Assembly: GCA_002385805.1 (NCBI GenBank)
Contig: DGEF01000066.1
Location: forward strand, 1-52,870
Direction of reading: 5' to 3'
DNA length: 52,870 bases
Origin: Peptococcaceae bacterium UBA3933
GTDB lineage: Bacteria > Bacillota > Peptococcia > Peptococcales > BICA1-8
A program made the position numbers and the translations under genes. Below the pieces are notes generated by a model. It saw only the letters and a list, made by a program, of their open reading frames with translations. It was not told the origin of the DNA and ran no database searches. This document shows, piece after piece, positions 37,476 through 46,915 of the stretch; within the stretch, counting starts at the first letter, position 1; the number at the start of each line of letters is the position of its first letter.

Positions 37476-37545
37476 ATAAACCAATTTTGGCAAGGAATAC
37501 TACTAACAGCAAAAGACTTCGATCATTACTTTCAGAGGTGGAGTT

Positions 37546-38316
37546 ATGGATGTTTATTTCAGGGTATTAATACAAACTATCTTTGCCTTTTTTACCATTC
37601 TAGTGTTAACAAGAATCTTGGGAAAGCAGCAAATAACCCAATTAACTTATTATGAATACGTAAACGGGATAACCTTCGGTTCCATTGCGGCGACCATGGC
37701 CACTGATACAGATAATTTAGTCTGGCAACATTTTTTCGGGCTAATTTTTTTCGGGTTATTAACAGGACTTATGTCTTATATTTCTTTAAAAGTAAGGCCT
37801 TTGCGAAAATTAATAAGCGGAGAACCGGTGGTTGTAATTCAAAACGGTCAGATCCTAGAAAATAATCTGAAAAAGATAAGGTTTAACCTGGACGAGTTGA
37901 CTTCAGAACTACGACATAAAAATATTTTTGACATCAGAGATGTGGAGTTTGCCATCCTGGAACCTAGTGGGAAGTTCAGTGTTTTAAAAAAACCGGATGC
38001 CCAAAACCTTACTCCTAGAGACTTAGGTTTAACTCCACCTTCGGAAGGTCTGAATATAGAAGTAATTGTTGACGGGCAATTGATTTACGATAATCTTAAA
38101 GGCATGGGACTTAACGCCAAGTGGTTGCTAAATCAATTAAAGATCCAGGGTGTAAGTAATATTAGGCAGGTGGCTTTCGCCAGTATTGATGCAAATCACC
38201 AATTATATGTAGATTTATATGAAGATCATATCCCAGGTATGGTTGATATGTCTGATGATGTTAAAATCCCTTTTACTTTGGATACTCTGAATGTAGGTGA
38301 AAAAGATAAAAAGTAA
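37546..38316 (+). CDS. DUF421 (YetF-like) membrane protein
   Basis: N-terminal TM region 'LTRILGKQQITQLTYYEYVNGITFGSIAA', typical of DUF421 proteins of spore formers. Confidence 0.75.
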   Translation: MDVYFRVLIQTIFAFFTILVLTRILGKQQITQLTYYEYVNGITFGSIAATMATDTDNLVWQHFFGLIFFGLLTGLMSYISLKVRPLRKLISGEPVVVIQNGQILENNLKKIRFNLDELTSELRHKNIFDIRDVEFAILEPSGKFSVLKKPDAQNLTPRDLGLTPPSEGLNIEVIVDGQLIYDNLKGMGLNAKWLLNQLKIQGVSNIRQVAFASIDANHQLYVDLYEDHIPGMVDMSDDVKIPFTLDTLNVGEKDKK

Positions 38317-38325
38317 TAATTCATA

Positions 38326-38373
38326 TCTCCCCTTTTTCCGGCATAGATTTATTAGGAAAGAGGGGGATTTTTT
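38326..38373 (+). terminator. terminator hairpin whose 3' arm is the yqfC SD
   Basis: TCCCCTTTTTCC (38328-38339) pairs with GGAAAGAGGGGGA (38355-38367, one bulge). TTTTTT runs into the ATG at 38374. Confidence 0.55.
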
Positions 38374-38655
38374 ATGCCTTTTTATAATAAGAAAAATGTT
38401 AAACAGAAATTTTCCAATTATTTAGATATACCCAAAGATGTAATTTTAGATTTACCTAAAATAACCGTTATCGGTGATATTCAACTGTATGTAGAAAATC
38501 ACCGGGGCATAATCGAGTATACCAGGGAGTTAGTTCGGTTAAGTACGTCTTTAGGACAGTTAGTAATTAAAGGCGAAAATTTAGTACTGCGAAATATTGA
38601 TTTAGAAGAAATATATATTGATGGGTTAATTAAGGAAATTCAGTACCTAAGATGA
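38374..38655 (+). CDS. yqfC: sporulation protein YqfC
   Basis: 93 aa. 'LDIPKDVILDLPKITVIGDIQLYVENHRGIIEYT' is the YqfC family signature. Followed by yqfD. Confidence 0.85.
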   Translation: MPFYNKKNVKQKFSNYLDIPKDVILDLPKITVIGDIQLYVENHRGIIEYTRELVRLSTSLGQLVIKGENLVLRNIDLEEIYIDGLIKEIQYLR

Positions 38656-38728
38656 GAGATACCAAAGTTGCAAGACATGTAGAATATCAAAGACATTTTG
38701 GATTTCCAAGCTTTTGGAGGTGAAAATT

Positions 38729-39946
38729 TTGAGATGGTATTCTTATTTAACAGGTTATTTGCTTGTGCTGATTGAAGGTGAAGTTCCCGTGAAAGTAATC
38801 AACATGGCTCTGGCCCGGGGAATTTTTTTATGGGATATAATGGAATTGGAAAAAGGAAAGATATTATTAAAAGTGAGAGTTTATGCCTTTCGGCCTTTAG
38901 CCAGAATTGTCAGAAAGTGTGCCTGTCGAATAAAAATAATGGAAAAAAGGGGGTTACCTTTTCAGATTGTACGGCTGAAAAAACGAAAAACATTGGCTTT
39001 GGGAGGAATTTTCTTTTTATTAAGCCTTTATATCCTCAGTTCTTTTGTTTGGTTTATAGACGTACAGGGAAACGAAGATTTGACTGACGGAGAAATTAAA
39101 AAAATAGCTGCCGATTTAGGGCTTAAACCTGGAGTTGTTATAAATAAATTAGATTTTGATAAGCTGGAGAAAGAGATGCAGGAAGCTCACCCTAAATTAG
39201 CCTGGGTGGGCATCAATATTCAAGGCACCAAAGTTACCATTGAAGTTTCGGAAAAGGTTTTAATACCGGATATAGAGGAAAACCTAAAGGGACATTTAGT
39301 GGCTAGGGAATCCGGAATCATAGAAGAAATGCTTGTTCTTAAGGGTACGCCCCAGGTTAAAGAGAAAGATAAAGTAATAAAAGGACAAATTCTAATTTCC
39401 GGAATAGTTTACCCGGAACTTATTCTAAATGAGGATGGTACCTATACACCGGGGGGAACCCCTGAATTAGTGAGAGCAAAAGGAATTGTCCGGGCCAGGG
39501 TTCTCCATTCAGTGAGGGCATCCTGTTTCTTAAAGGAACGGGAAACATATTTTACCGGTGAAAAAATAGAGCAGGTATTATTGAAATGTGGTGAAAGGAT
39601 ATTTGTCTTAAAGGGTCCTAAAAATGTACCTTTTCAGTATTACGATAAAAAGACGGCTGTAAAAACTTTTCCCGCCTGGAGGAATCTGCATGTACCTGTC
39701 GAACTTATTACTAATATTTATTTAGAGCAAATTAAAAAAGTCAAGGAATATACTTTTGAAAGTGCTTATCAGGAAGCTGTAAAAAGAGCGGAAAATGCTT
39801 TAGCCAAAACATTACCTAAAGATGCCAGAGTATTAAATAAAATTCCCCAGGTTAATTCCGGTCAAGGAAATGAACTGGTGGAAGTAGAAGTCACCTGGGA
39901 ATGTCTGGAGAATATTGCGGTTTTTCAGCCTATCTCCGGTGAGTAG
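38729..39946 (+). CDS. yqfD: sporulation protein YqfD
   Basis: About 405 aa with a central TM helix, conserved yqfC-yqfD pairing. Start placed at TTG 38729 after GGAGGTG (the track start 38714 lies inside the SD). Confidence 0.8.
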   Translation: MRWYSYLTGYLLVLIEGEVPVKVINMALARGIFLWDIMELEKGKILLKVRVYAFRPLARIVRKCACRIKIMEKRGLPFQIVRLKKRKTLALGGIFFLLSLYILSSFVWFIDVQGNEDLTDGEIKKIAADLGLKPGVVINKLDFDKLEKEMQEAHPKLAWVGINIQGTKVTIEVSEKVLIPDIEENLKGHLVARESGIIEEMLVLKGTPQVKEKDKVIKGQILISGIVYPELILNEDGTYTPGGTPELVRAKGIVRARVLHSVRASCFLKERETYFTGEKIEQVLLKCGERIFVLKGPKNVPFQYYDKKTAVKTFPAWRNLHVPVELITNIYLEQIKKVKEYTFESAYQEAVKRAENALAKTLPKDARVLNKIPQVNSGQGNELVEVEVTWECLENIAVFQPISGE

Positions 39947-40035
39947 ACTAGATGTTCTTGAGGGTTTGGAGTATAATAAAAATTATCGAACTTTTTTTGA
40001 CACATTCTATCCATAAATAGGAGGTATATATTAAT

Positions 40036-41001
40036 TTGTCTAATCAGCAGCAGATAAGAATTACATTGAAAGACAATAATCAAGCAGCACATTTGTATGG
40101 GATGAATGATGTTAATTTAAAATTTATCACTAAAAATCTTTCGGCGCGGATTATAGCTCGTGGTAATGAGCTTATTATTTCAGGTACACCGGAACAGGTA
40201 AAAATTGCGGAACAATTCTTTACCCATCTTTTAGAATTGATTGATAAAGGTAAAACTATAGACTTAACAGATATAAATTATGCATTTACTTTGATTGAGC
40301 AAGAATCTAAGGAAAAAGTTAATGACTATTTATCCGAAATCCTCCAGGTTACTGCACGAGGGAAACAGATCCGTCCTAAAACTTTAGGTCAATATAAATA
40401 CGTAAAAGCCATTAAGGAACATGATATTGTATTTTGTATAGGACCTGCTGGGACTGGGAAAACCTATTTGGCAGTTGTTATGGCTATTAAGGCTTTACGA
40501 AACAAAGAGGTTCAAAGGATTATTTTAACCAGGCCTGCAGTTGAGGCAGGGGAAAAATTGGGATTTCTCCCCGGAGATTTACAGGAAAAGGTAGATCCTT
40601 ATCTCCGTCCTTTATACGATGGTTTGTACGATATTCTAGGCTTAGATGTTGCTCAGAGATACATGGAAAAAGGAATAATCGAAGTTGCTCCTTTAGCTTA
40701 TATGCGCGGCAGAACTTTAGATGATTCTTTTATTATTTTAGACGAAGCACAAAATACCACCCCTGAACAGATGAAAATGTTTTTAACCAGAATAGGTTTT
40801 GGTTCGAAAGCTGTTGTTACAGGTGATGTTACCCAGGTTGATTTACCTAAAGAACATGAATCAGGATTAATCTTAGTTCAAAAAATTTTGCAGACTATAC
40901 CGGAAATTAGTTTCCAGTATTTAACCAGGGGAGATGTTGTCCGGCATCCGGTGGTGTCTAAAATTATTGCTGCTTACGAAGCCTATCAGCCAGAGAAATG
41001 A
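40036..41001 (+). CDS. phoH: PhoH-family ATPase
   Basis: Walker A 'GPAGTGKTYLAV' and 'FIILDEAQNTT'. 321 aa. Confidence 0.9.
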   Translation: MSNQQQIRITLKDNNQAAHLYGMNDVNLKFITKNLSARIIARGNELIISGTPEQVKIAEQFFTHLLELIDKGKTIDLTDINYAFTLIEQESKEKVNDYLSEILQVTARGKQIRPKTLGQYKYVKAIKEHDIVFCIGPAGTGKTYLAVVMAIKALRNKEVQRIILTRPAVEAGEKLGFLPGDLQEKVDPYLRPLYDGLYDILGLDVAQRYMEKGIIEVAPLAYMRGRTLDDSFIILDEAQNTTPEQMKMFLTRIGFGSKAVVTGDVTQVDLPKEHESGLILVQKILQTIPEISFQYLTRGDVVRHPVVSKIIAAYEAYQPEK

Positions 41002-41014
41002 GAGGTGAAAACTC

Positions 41015-43204
41015 ATGGCCTTAATTAAGAGGATTAAGTTGCCTAATTTCCTGCAAAAATGGTTAGGCTATACAAAATTTAGGCGCTTTCTCTGGAGTTT
41101 CATATTTTTTGTATGTGTAGTAGGAATTTTGGCTCTCCATTTTTTACCAGAAAGGGTTCCTTTACAAGTTGGACAAGTTAGCCCTATAGATATTCAGTCT
41201 AACCGCTTTTTAACTTTTGAAGATGAAGAAGCTACGGAATTGAAGCGGGAAGAAGCTGCACGCAGTGTACAGGACGTATATAAATTAGACCGGAATGTTT
41301 TAATTGGAATTAACGAAAAAATAAATGATTATTTTAATAAAGTTCTTTCTGTTGTTACAAATACTGCTTTGACTGATGGGAAAAAAATAGAAATTTTACA
41401 GGAAGATTATGGTTTATATCTTAACCAAAAACAAGCCCAGGAAGTCCTAACTTTTGATGCAAGACGAGCTGAAGCTTTAATAACCCAAACCAAGGTAATT
41501 GTAGAGACTGTATATTCTCAAGGTGTAAGTTCGCAAACTCTCCAGTTTGCCAAGGAAAAGATTTTTTCTGATATCGAATTGTTAAATATAGATCCTATTT
41601 ATCGCTTAATGATAAAGAGTTGTTTAAATTCAATAGAACTACAGCCAAATTTGATTTTTGATCTGGCGGCTACTGAAGAGAAACGTCGGGAAGCGCGGGA
41701 AGCAGTGGAGCCGGTTAATGTAGTTATCCAAAAGGGTGAAAGAATAGTAAGTAAAGGTGAAGTTTTGACCCAGCGCCAGGTGGATATTTTAACTTGGTTA
41801 GGTTATAAGAACAGCGCTTCTCCTTTAGTAGTCCTTCTGGGTTTATCTTTATTTACCGGGCTGATTATGGTTTTAGGAGTGCTTTTTTTCCGTCATTACC
41901 GGAAAGATCTTTATCGTAACGAAACCTATCTGCTTTTATTAATGTTGATAGTTTTCTTAACCTTATTTGTGGCCAAAGTGATTATTTCCATGAACATAGG
42001 GGGTCTCCCCGAAGGCACCGAACAGGTGGGCCACATGATCCCGGTAGCTTTTGGTACCATGTTGATAACCCTCCTTTTAGATACGAAACTGGCAATTTTT
42101 GTTACGGTAATATTCTCCATGTTTACAGGGTTACTGACAGGCGAGATTGCTTTTGTTTTAACCTCTTTTATTGGTGGTTTGGTAGGAGTCTTTAGTGTTT
42201 CTCATTTAAGTCAGCGTTCTGATCTAGCCAAGGCGGGTCTTTGGGTAGCCTTAGCCAATGTAGCCAGCGTATTGACCTGGGGGTTCTTAAATAATTTATC
42301 TTGGTCCCAAATGGCCGTCGGCTCCGGTTATGGTGTAGCCAATGGTATCCTGTCTTCTATTTTAACAATAGGGTTGTTGCCCTATTTAGAAACCGGTTTT
42401 GGAATTACTACACCTGTTAGATTATTAGAACTCTCTAATCCCAACCATCCTCTCTTGAAAAAACTCTTGTTACAGGCTTCCGGAACTTATCATCACTCTA
42501 TTTTAGTGGGGAACTTGGCTGAAGCTGCTGCAGACAGCATAGGTGCCGAATCTCTACTGGTAAGAGTAGGTGCTTATTATCATGATATCGGTAAGATAAA
42601 AAGACCTTATTTTTTCGTGGAAAACCAATTGTCAGGTGAAAATCCTCATGATAAGATTACAGCGCCTTTAAGCACTTTAATTATCACTTCTCACGTTAAA
42701 GACGGGGTTGAATTAGCTAAAAATCACGGATTGCCTCAGGTTGTTGTAGATATGATCGCTCAGCATCATGGTACCGGTTTAATTAAGTATTTTTATCATA
42801 AAGCTCGGGAAACTGATGATACTATTAAAGAAGAAGATTTCCGTTATGACGGCCCCAAACCTCAAACTAAAGAGGCGGCAATAATCATGTTAGCGGACAC
42901 AGTGGAGGCTGCTGTTAGGTCTTTAAAAGAACCTACTCAGGGGAAAATTGAAGGTATGGTTCGTACTCTGATTAAGGACAGGCTTAATGACGGGCAGCTG
43001 GAAGAATGTGATTTAACTTTTAAGGATTTGGATAAGATAGCTAATGCTTTCGTGCGTGTATTAACCGGTGTTTATCATCACCGTATTGAATATCCGGATA
43101 GTGTATTAAAAGCCATGGAAAAGAAAAAGAAAGGTGAAAAAAATGTCTCTGGTAATAACCAACCTGCAGGAAAAGGTTCTCCTACCCCACCAGTGGGAAG
43201 TTAA
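41015..43204 (+). CDS. pgpH: 7TM-receptor HD-domain phosphohydrolase (YqfF/PgpH type)
   Basis: 729 aa. Extracellular N-terminal domain, 7-TM block, HD domain 'HHSILVGNLAE..YYHDIGK'. PgpH homologues are c-di-AMP phosphodiesterases (established for Listeria). Confidence 0.85.
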   Translation: MALIKRIKLPNFLQKWLGYTKFRRFLWSFIFFVCVVGILALHFLPERVPLQVGQVSPIDIQSNRFLTFEDEEATELKREEAARSVQDVYKLDRNVLIGINEKINDYFNKVLSVVTNTALTDGKKIEILQEDYGLYLNQKQAQEVLTFDARRAEALITQTKVIVETVYSQGVSSQTLQFAKEKIFSDIELLNIDPIYRLMIKSCLNSIELQPNLIFDLAATEEKRREAREAVEPVNVVIQKGERIVSKGEVLTQRQVDILTWLGYKNSASPLVVLLGLSLFTGLIMVLGVLFFRHYRKDLYRNETYLLLLMLIVFLTLFVAKVIISMNIGGLPEGTEQVGHMIPVAFGTMLITLLLDTKLAIFVTVIFSMFTGLLTGEIAFVLTSFIGGLVGVFSVSHLSQRSDLAKAGLWVALANVASVLTWGFLNNLSWSQMAVGSGYGVANGILSSILTIGLLPYLETGFGITTPVRLLELSNPNHPLLKKLLLQASGTYHHSILVGNLAEAAADSIGAESLLVRVGAYYHDIGKIKRPYFFVENQLSGENPHDKITAPLSTLIITSHVKDGVELAKNHGLPQVVVDMIAQHHGTGLIKYFYHKARETDDTIKEEDFRYDGPKPQTKEAAIIMLADTVEAAVRSLKEPTQGKIEGMVRTLIKDRLNDGQLEECDLTFKDLDKIANAFVRVLTGVYHHRIEYPDSVLKAMEKKKKGEKNVSGNNQPAGKGSPTPPVGS

Positions 43205-43607
43205 TTTAGAACGGATAGCCCAGGTTTGCTTAGAACAGGAAAATGTTAATCCGGCTGCGGAAATTAGCCTGGTATTTGTTGATGATCAGGAAATTAGAAA
43301 TTTAAATAAGACCTACCGCGGCCTGGATGCTCCTACAGATGTCCTGTCATTTCCTATGTATGAAAGAGAAGACCTGTTGGAGATTTCAGATGAAGAGGTT
43401 ATTCTCTTAGGCGATATTGTGATATCTTTGGAAACTGCTTCACGTCAGGCCCAGGAATACGGACATTCCTTAGAAAGGGAAGTAGCATATTTAATGGTAC
43501 ATGGGTTATTACACTTATTGGGCTATGACCATTTAGTGGAGGAAGAGAAAAAAATAATGCGCCAGCGTGAAGAAGAATTATTGACTTCTGCCGGTTTAAT
43601 TAGATGA
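43143..43607 (+). CDS. ybeY: rRNA maturation endoribonuclease YbeY
   Basis: Zinc motif 'HGLLHLLGYDH'. ATG 43143 lies 6 nt after AAAGGTG. Overlaps the pgpH 3' end by 62 nt. Confidence 0.9.
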   Translation: MSLVITNLQEKVLLPHQWEVNLERIAQVCLEQENVNPAAEISLVFVDDQEIRNLNKTYRGLDAPTDVLSFPMYEREDLLEISDEEVILLGDIVISLETASRQAQEYGHSLEREVAYLMVHGLLHLLGYDHLVEEEKKIMRQREEELLTSAGLIR

Positions 43608-43634
43608 GTAGACTTTCTCAGGCAGGGATATACT

Positions 43635-43994
43635 ATGTTTACAAAGAATAGCTTTTTAAAAAGTCTTACTTTTGCTTTCCAGGGGATTAAACATTGTGTG
43701 ATTAGTGAACCACATATCCGTTTCGAGTTAACAGCGGGGGCACTGGCCATATTAATTGGTTGGTATTGTAAAATCAGTCCGTTAGAATGGTTATGTTTAT
43801 TATTGACTATAACCATTGTTTTGGTTGCCGAGATGATAAATACTGCCTTAGAGAATGTTTGTGACCTAATTACTTCTGAATATAATCCCTTAATTAACGT
43901 GGTGAAAAATGTAGCCGCCGGTGCAGTTTTAATAGCCGCCCTGAATGCTGTCATAATTGGGGCGGTTATTTTTCTCAAATACTTAGTTAAATAG
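43635..43994 (+). CDS. dgkA: diacylglycerol/undecaprenol kinase (DagK family)
   Basis: 119 aa, 3 TM helices, 'EMINTALENV' signature. Confidence 0.85.
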   Translation: MFTKNSFLKSLTFAFQGIKHCVISEPHIRFELTAGALAILIGWYCKISPLEWLCLLLTITIVLVAEMINTALENVCDLITSEYNPLINVVKNVAAGAVLIAALNAVIIGAVIFLKYLVK

Positions 43995-44016
43995 TGTTTA
44001 AAACGGAGGCATTCTC

Positions 44017-45273
44017 TTGGATACTTCGTTGTTACTTCAATTAGTGTTATTATTTATCTTAATAGTATTGTCAGCTTTTTTTTCAGCGACGGAAACAGCT
44101 TTTTTTTCCGTAAATAAAGTTCGTATTTTCCACTTGGCAGAAGAAGGTAATGAAAAGGCTAGGGCTGTAAAAAAAATGTTAGAGGACCCTAACCAACTGA
44201 TTACAACAATATTGATTGGCAATAACATTGTCAATATAGGCGCTTCTTCATTAGCTACTTTTATAGCTACAGACTTATTTGGCAGCAAAGGTGTAGGTAT
44301 AGCCACAGGGGTAATGACCTTATTAATTTTGGTTTTCGGAGAAATAACTCCTAAAAGTTTTGCTGCCGGGAATGCAGAAAAGTGGGTTTTGGCTATAGTC
44401 AATGTGGTAACATTTTTACAAATAATTTTTACACCTCTTATTAAAATCATGGGTCTTATAACTTCATTTCTATTACAGTTAGCCGGAAGCAAAAATAAAG
44501 AAGATTTATTTATAACTGAAGATGAACTAAAACTTTTGGTAAATGTGGGACATGAAGAAGGTTTGTATACGGAAAGTGAAAAAGAAATGATAAATAGTAT
44601 CTTTGAATTTGATGATACTCTGGTAAAAGAGATTATGATTCCACGGATTGATATAATTGCCGTTGATGTAAAGGAGTCTGTTCCTACGGCGGTAAATATA
44701 ACGATTGAAGCAGGGCATTCCCGGATTCCTGTTTTTGAAAATACTATTGATAATATTATCGGGATTCTATATGCTAAAGACTTGCTAAAAAATATAAATA
44801 AAGACTTAGACGCTTTAGAGATTCGTAAATTAATGCGACCTGCTTATTATATTCCTGAAACCAAAAAAGTAAAGGATTTATTGGCTGAATTAAAACAAGC
44901 TAAGGTACATATGGCTATTGTCTTAGATGAATATGGAGGTACAGCCGGCCTGGTTACTATTGAAGATGTGATCGAAGAAATCATTGGTGATATTCAGGAT
45001 GAGTTTGATACAGAGGAAGAATCCATAATTATTCTTTCCAAGGATAAAATCAGAGCGGATGCACGGGCTACCATCTACGATATTAATGAGGTTTTAGGTA
45101 TAGATTTGCCTGATGATGATTTTGAAACAATCAGTGGTCTAGTTTTTCATTATTTGGGACATATTCCTAAAGAAGGTCAAATGTTGGATTTAGGCAATGT
45201 GAATATTTTAGTTGAGAAAACATTGGGCAGAAGAGTGGATAAGGTGATAATATCCAAAGTGGAAGAAAATTAG
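44017..45273 (+). CDS. CNNM/CorC-family protein (DUF21 + CBS pair + CorC_HlyC), 'hemolysin' family
   Basis: 418 aa. N-terminal 4-TM DUF21, CBS pair ('IMIPRIDI', 'HSRIPVF'), C-terminal CorC_HlyC-like domain. Confidence 0.85.
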   Translation: MDTSLLLQLVLLFILIVLSAFFSATETAFFSVNKVRIFHLAEEGNEKARAVKKMLEDPNQLITTILIGNNIVNIGASSLATFIATDLFGSKGVGIATGVMTLLILVFGEITPKSFAAGNAEKWVLAIVNVVTFLQIIFTPLIKIMGLITSFLLQLAGSKNKEDLFITEDELKLLVNVGHEEGLYTESEKEMINSIFEFDDTLVKEIMIPRIDIIAVDVKESVPTAVNITIEAGHSRIPVFENTIDNIIGILYAKDLLKNINKDLDALEIRKLMRPAYYIPETKKVKDLLAELKQAKVHMAIVLDEYGGTAGLVTIEDVIEEIIGDIQDEFDTEEESIIILSKDKIRADARATIYDINEVLGIDLPDDDFETISGLVFHYLGHIPKEGQMLDLGNVNILVEKTLGRRVDKVIISKVEEN

Positions 45274-45406
45274 CTTGTTTTGCTATCTTTGGAATGTCTT
45301 TGTTCCACTTTCCTATTGCAATGAAATGCTATGAAAATATTTACAAAATTTTTTTCATTTATTGTGATGAATTTAGTGCGTGAAAATTGCTGGGAGGAGA
45401 TGGGTT

Positions 45407-45817
45407 GTGGTAGATTATCGTAAATTAGTAGCAGAAGCAGCGAAAGCTAAAGAAAACGCTTATGTTCCCTATTCCCAATTTAGAGTAGGGGCGGCCATAC
45501 TTACAGATAAGGGACAAATATTCACCGGATGTAATATAGAAAACTCCAGTTTCGGATTAACCATTTGTGCTGAGCGGACTGCTTTATTTAAGGCAGTTTC
45601 AGCAGGCCATCGTAAATTTCAGGCTCTGGCTGTTTCTACAGATACTGAAGAAATTACTTCTCCTTGCGGTGCTTGTCGTCAAGTATTAATTGAATTCGGC
45701 GAAGATATAGAGATAATAATGGCAAATGTTTATGGTGATTATCAAGTGTTTACCGTTGGAGAACTACTACCGTTAGCTTTTAAACCAGAAAAACTTAAGG
45801 AGGAACGTTTAACATGA
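45407..45817 (+). CDS. cdd: cytidine deaminase
   Basis: Zinc motifs 'CAERTALF' and 'PCGACRQ'. GTG 45407 lies 7 nt after GGGAGGAG and gives the usual length of about 136 aa. Confidence 0.88.
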   Translation: MVDYRKLVAEAAKAKENAYVPYSQFRVGAAILTDKGQIFTGCNIENSSFGLTICAERTALFKAVSAGHRKFQALAVSTDTEEITSPCGACRQVLIEFGEDIEIIMANVYGDYQVFTVGELLPLAFKPEKLKEERLT

Positions 45818-46698
45818 AATCGGGTTTTGTGGCTATAATCGGTAGACCGAATGCCGGCAAGTCCACTTTACTTAATCAATTGTTACAACGAAAGATAGCT
45901 ATTGTTTCAGATAAACCGCAAACAACTCGTAATCGGATTACCGGTGTCTTAACAAGAGATGACGGCCAAATCATTTTTTTGGATACACCGGGTATTCATA
46001 AACCAAAACATAAGTTAGGAAAATTAATGGTAGATATTGCCCAAAGTACTTTAGAGGAAGTAGATTTAATTTATTATCTGGTTGATATTAACAGTGCTTT
46101 TGGACCGGGAGAACAATTTATATTAGATAAATTAAAAACGATAAAAACTCCTGTATTTTTAATCCTGAATAAGGTGGATTTGCTTAAAAAAGAAGAAATA
46201 TTAGAACACATTGCTAGTTGGCAGGAGCGGGGCAGTTTTGCTGAGATTTTTCCTCTATCTGCTTTAACAGGTGAAAATACTGAAAGTCTTGTTGATAAAA
46301 CTATCGAGTATTTACCGGAAGGTCCTATGTATTATCCTGAAGAAGCTGTAACTGACCAGCCGGAACAGGTGGTAATCGGAGAATTAATTAGGGAAAAAAT
46401 ACTGCATCTGACCAGAGAGGAAATACCTCATAGTGTAGCGGTAGTAGTAGAGATGATGGAGCCCCGGAAAAATGGAACAATCTATATTGGTGCTACTATA
46501 TACGTAGAAAGAGCTTCTCAAAAAGGAATTATAATTGGCAAAGGTGGAGCTTTATTAAAGAAAATTGGTTCGGAAGCACGTCAGGATATCGAGTTTTTAC
46601 TGGGAAATAAAGTTTTTCTGGAATTATGGGTTAAAGTAAAAGAAGACTGGCGCAACAAGGAAAAAATATTGCGTCATTTAGGTTATGAAAAATATTAG
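45814..46698 (+). CDS. era: GTPase Era
   Basis: 'GRPNAGKSTL', 'DTPG', 'NKVD' and C-terminal KH domain. ATGA overlap with cdd. Confidence 0.95.
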   Translation: MKSGFVAIIGRPNAGKSTLLNQLLQRKIAIVSDKPQTTRNRITGVLTRDDGQIIFLDTPGIHKPKHKLGKLMVDIAQSTLEEVDLIYYLVDINSAFGPGEQFILDKLKTIKTPVFLILNKVDLLKKEEILEHIASWQERGSFAEIFPLSALTGENTESLVDKTIEYLPEGPMYYPEEAVTDQPEQVVIGELIREKILHLTREEIPHSVAVVVEMMEPRKNGTIYIGATIYVERASQKGIIIGKGGALLKKIGSEARQDIEFLLGNKVFLELWVKVKEDWRNKEKILRHLGYEKY

Positions 46699-46715
46699 GA
46701 TGCTTAAACTAACTG

Positions 46716-46745
46716 TTGGCAAACTTATATTTAGTAGTTTATAAT
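46716..46745 (+). promoter_or_regulatory. candidate sigma-A promoter of mgtE
   Basis: TTGGCA (46716-46721), 18-nt spacer, TATAAT (46740-46745). Predicts a leader of about 160 nt. Confidence 0.5.
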
Positions 46746-46915
46746 TAAAAAGGTGTTTTCCGGTAAAAAAATACTGCGAAACCGGAAATGATGACGGGTA
46801 AATTAATTTTAAACGAGGTGAATAATAAGTGGATGGCAACCCGCGAAGTAGCAAATTGAATAAAGAACAAGCAAGGGGAGCCACCAAATTCTAGAGCTCC
46901 CCGAAAGGAGGAGCA

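Noticed and set aside
43523-43978. 151-aa ORF on the minus strand, antisense to ybeY/dgkA. Similar long antisense ORFs occur at 44037-44492, 50185-50664, 47842-48210, 10057-10440, 25667-26017 and others.
   Set aside because: Each lies entirely within a well-supported + strand gene with recognisable family motifs. They lack SD sequences and have low-complexity, Ser/Ile/Lys-rich translations typical of shadow ORFs in AT-rich genomes.
46746-46915. M-box (ykoK) Mg2+ riboswitch upstream of mgtE
   Set aside because: It is expected in this context, but the conserved M-box sequence blocks as I remember them are not present. The region is reported instead as an unclassified structured leader. An Infernal search could overturn this.
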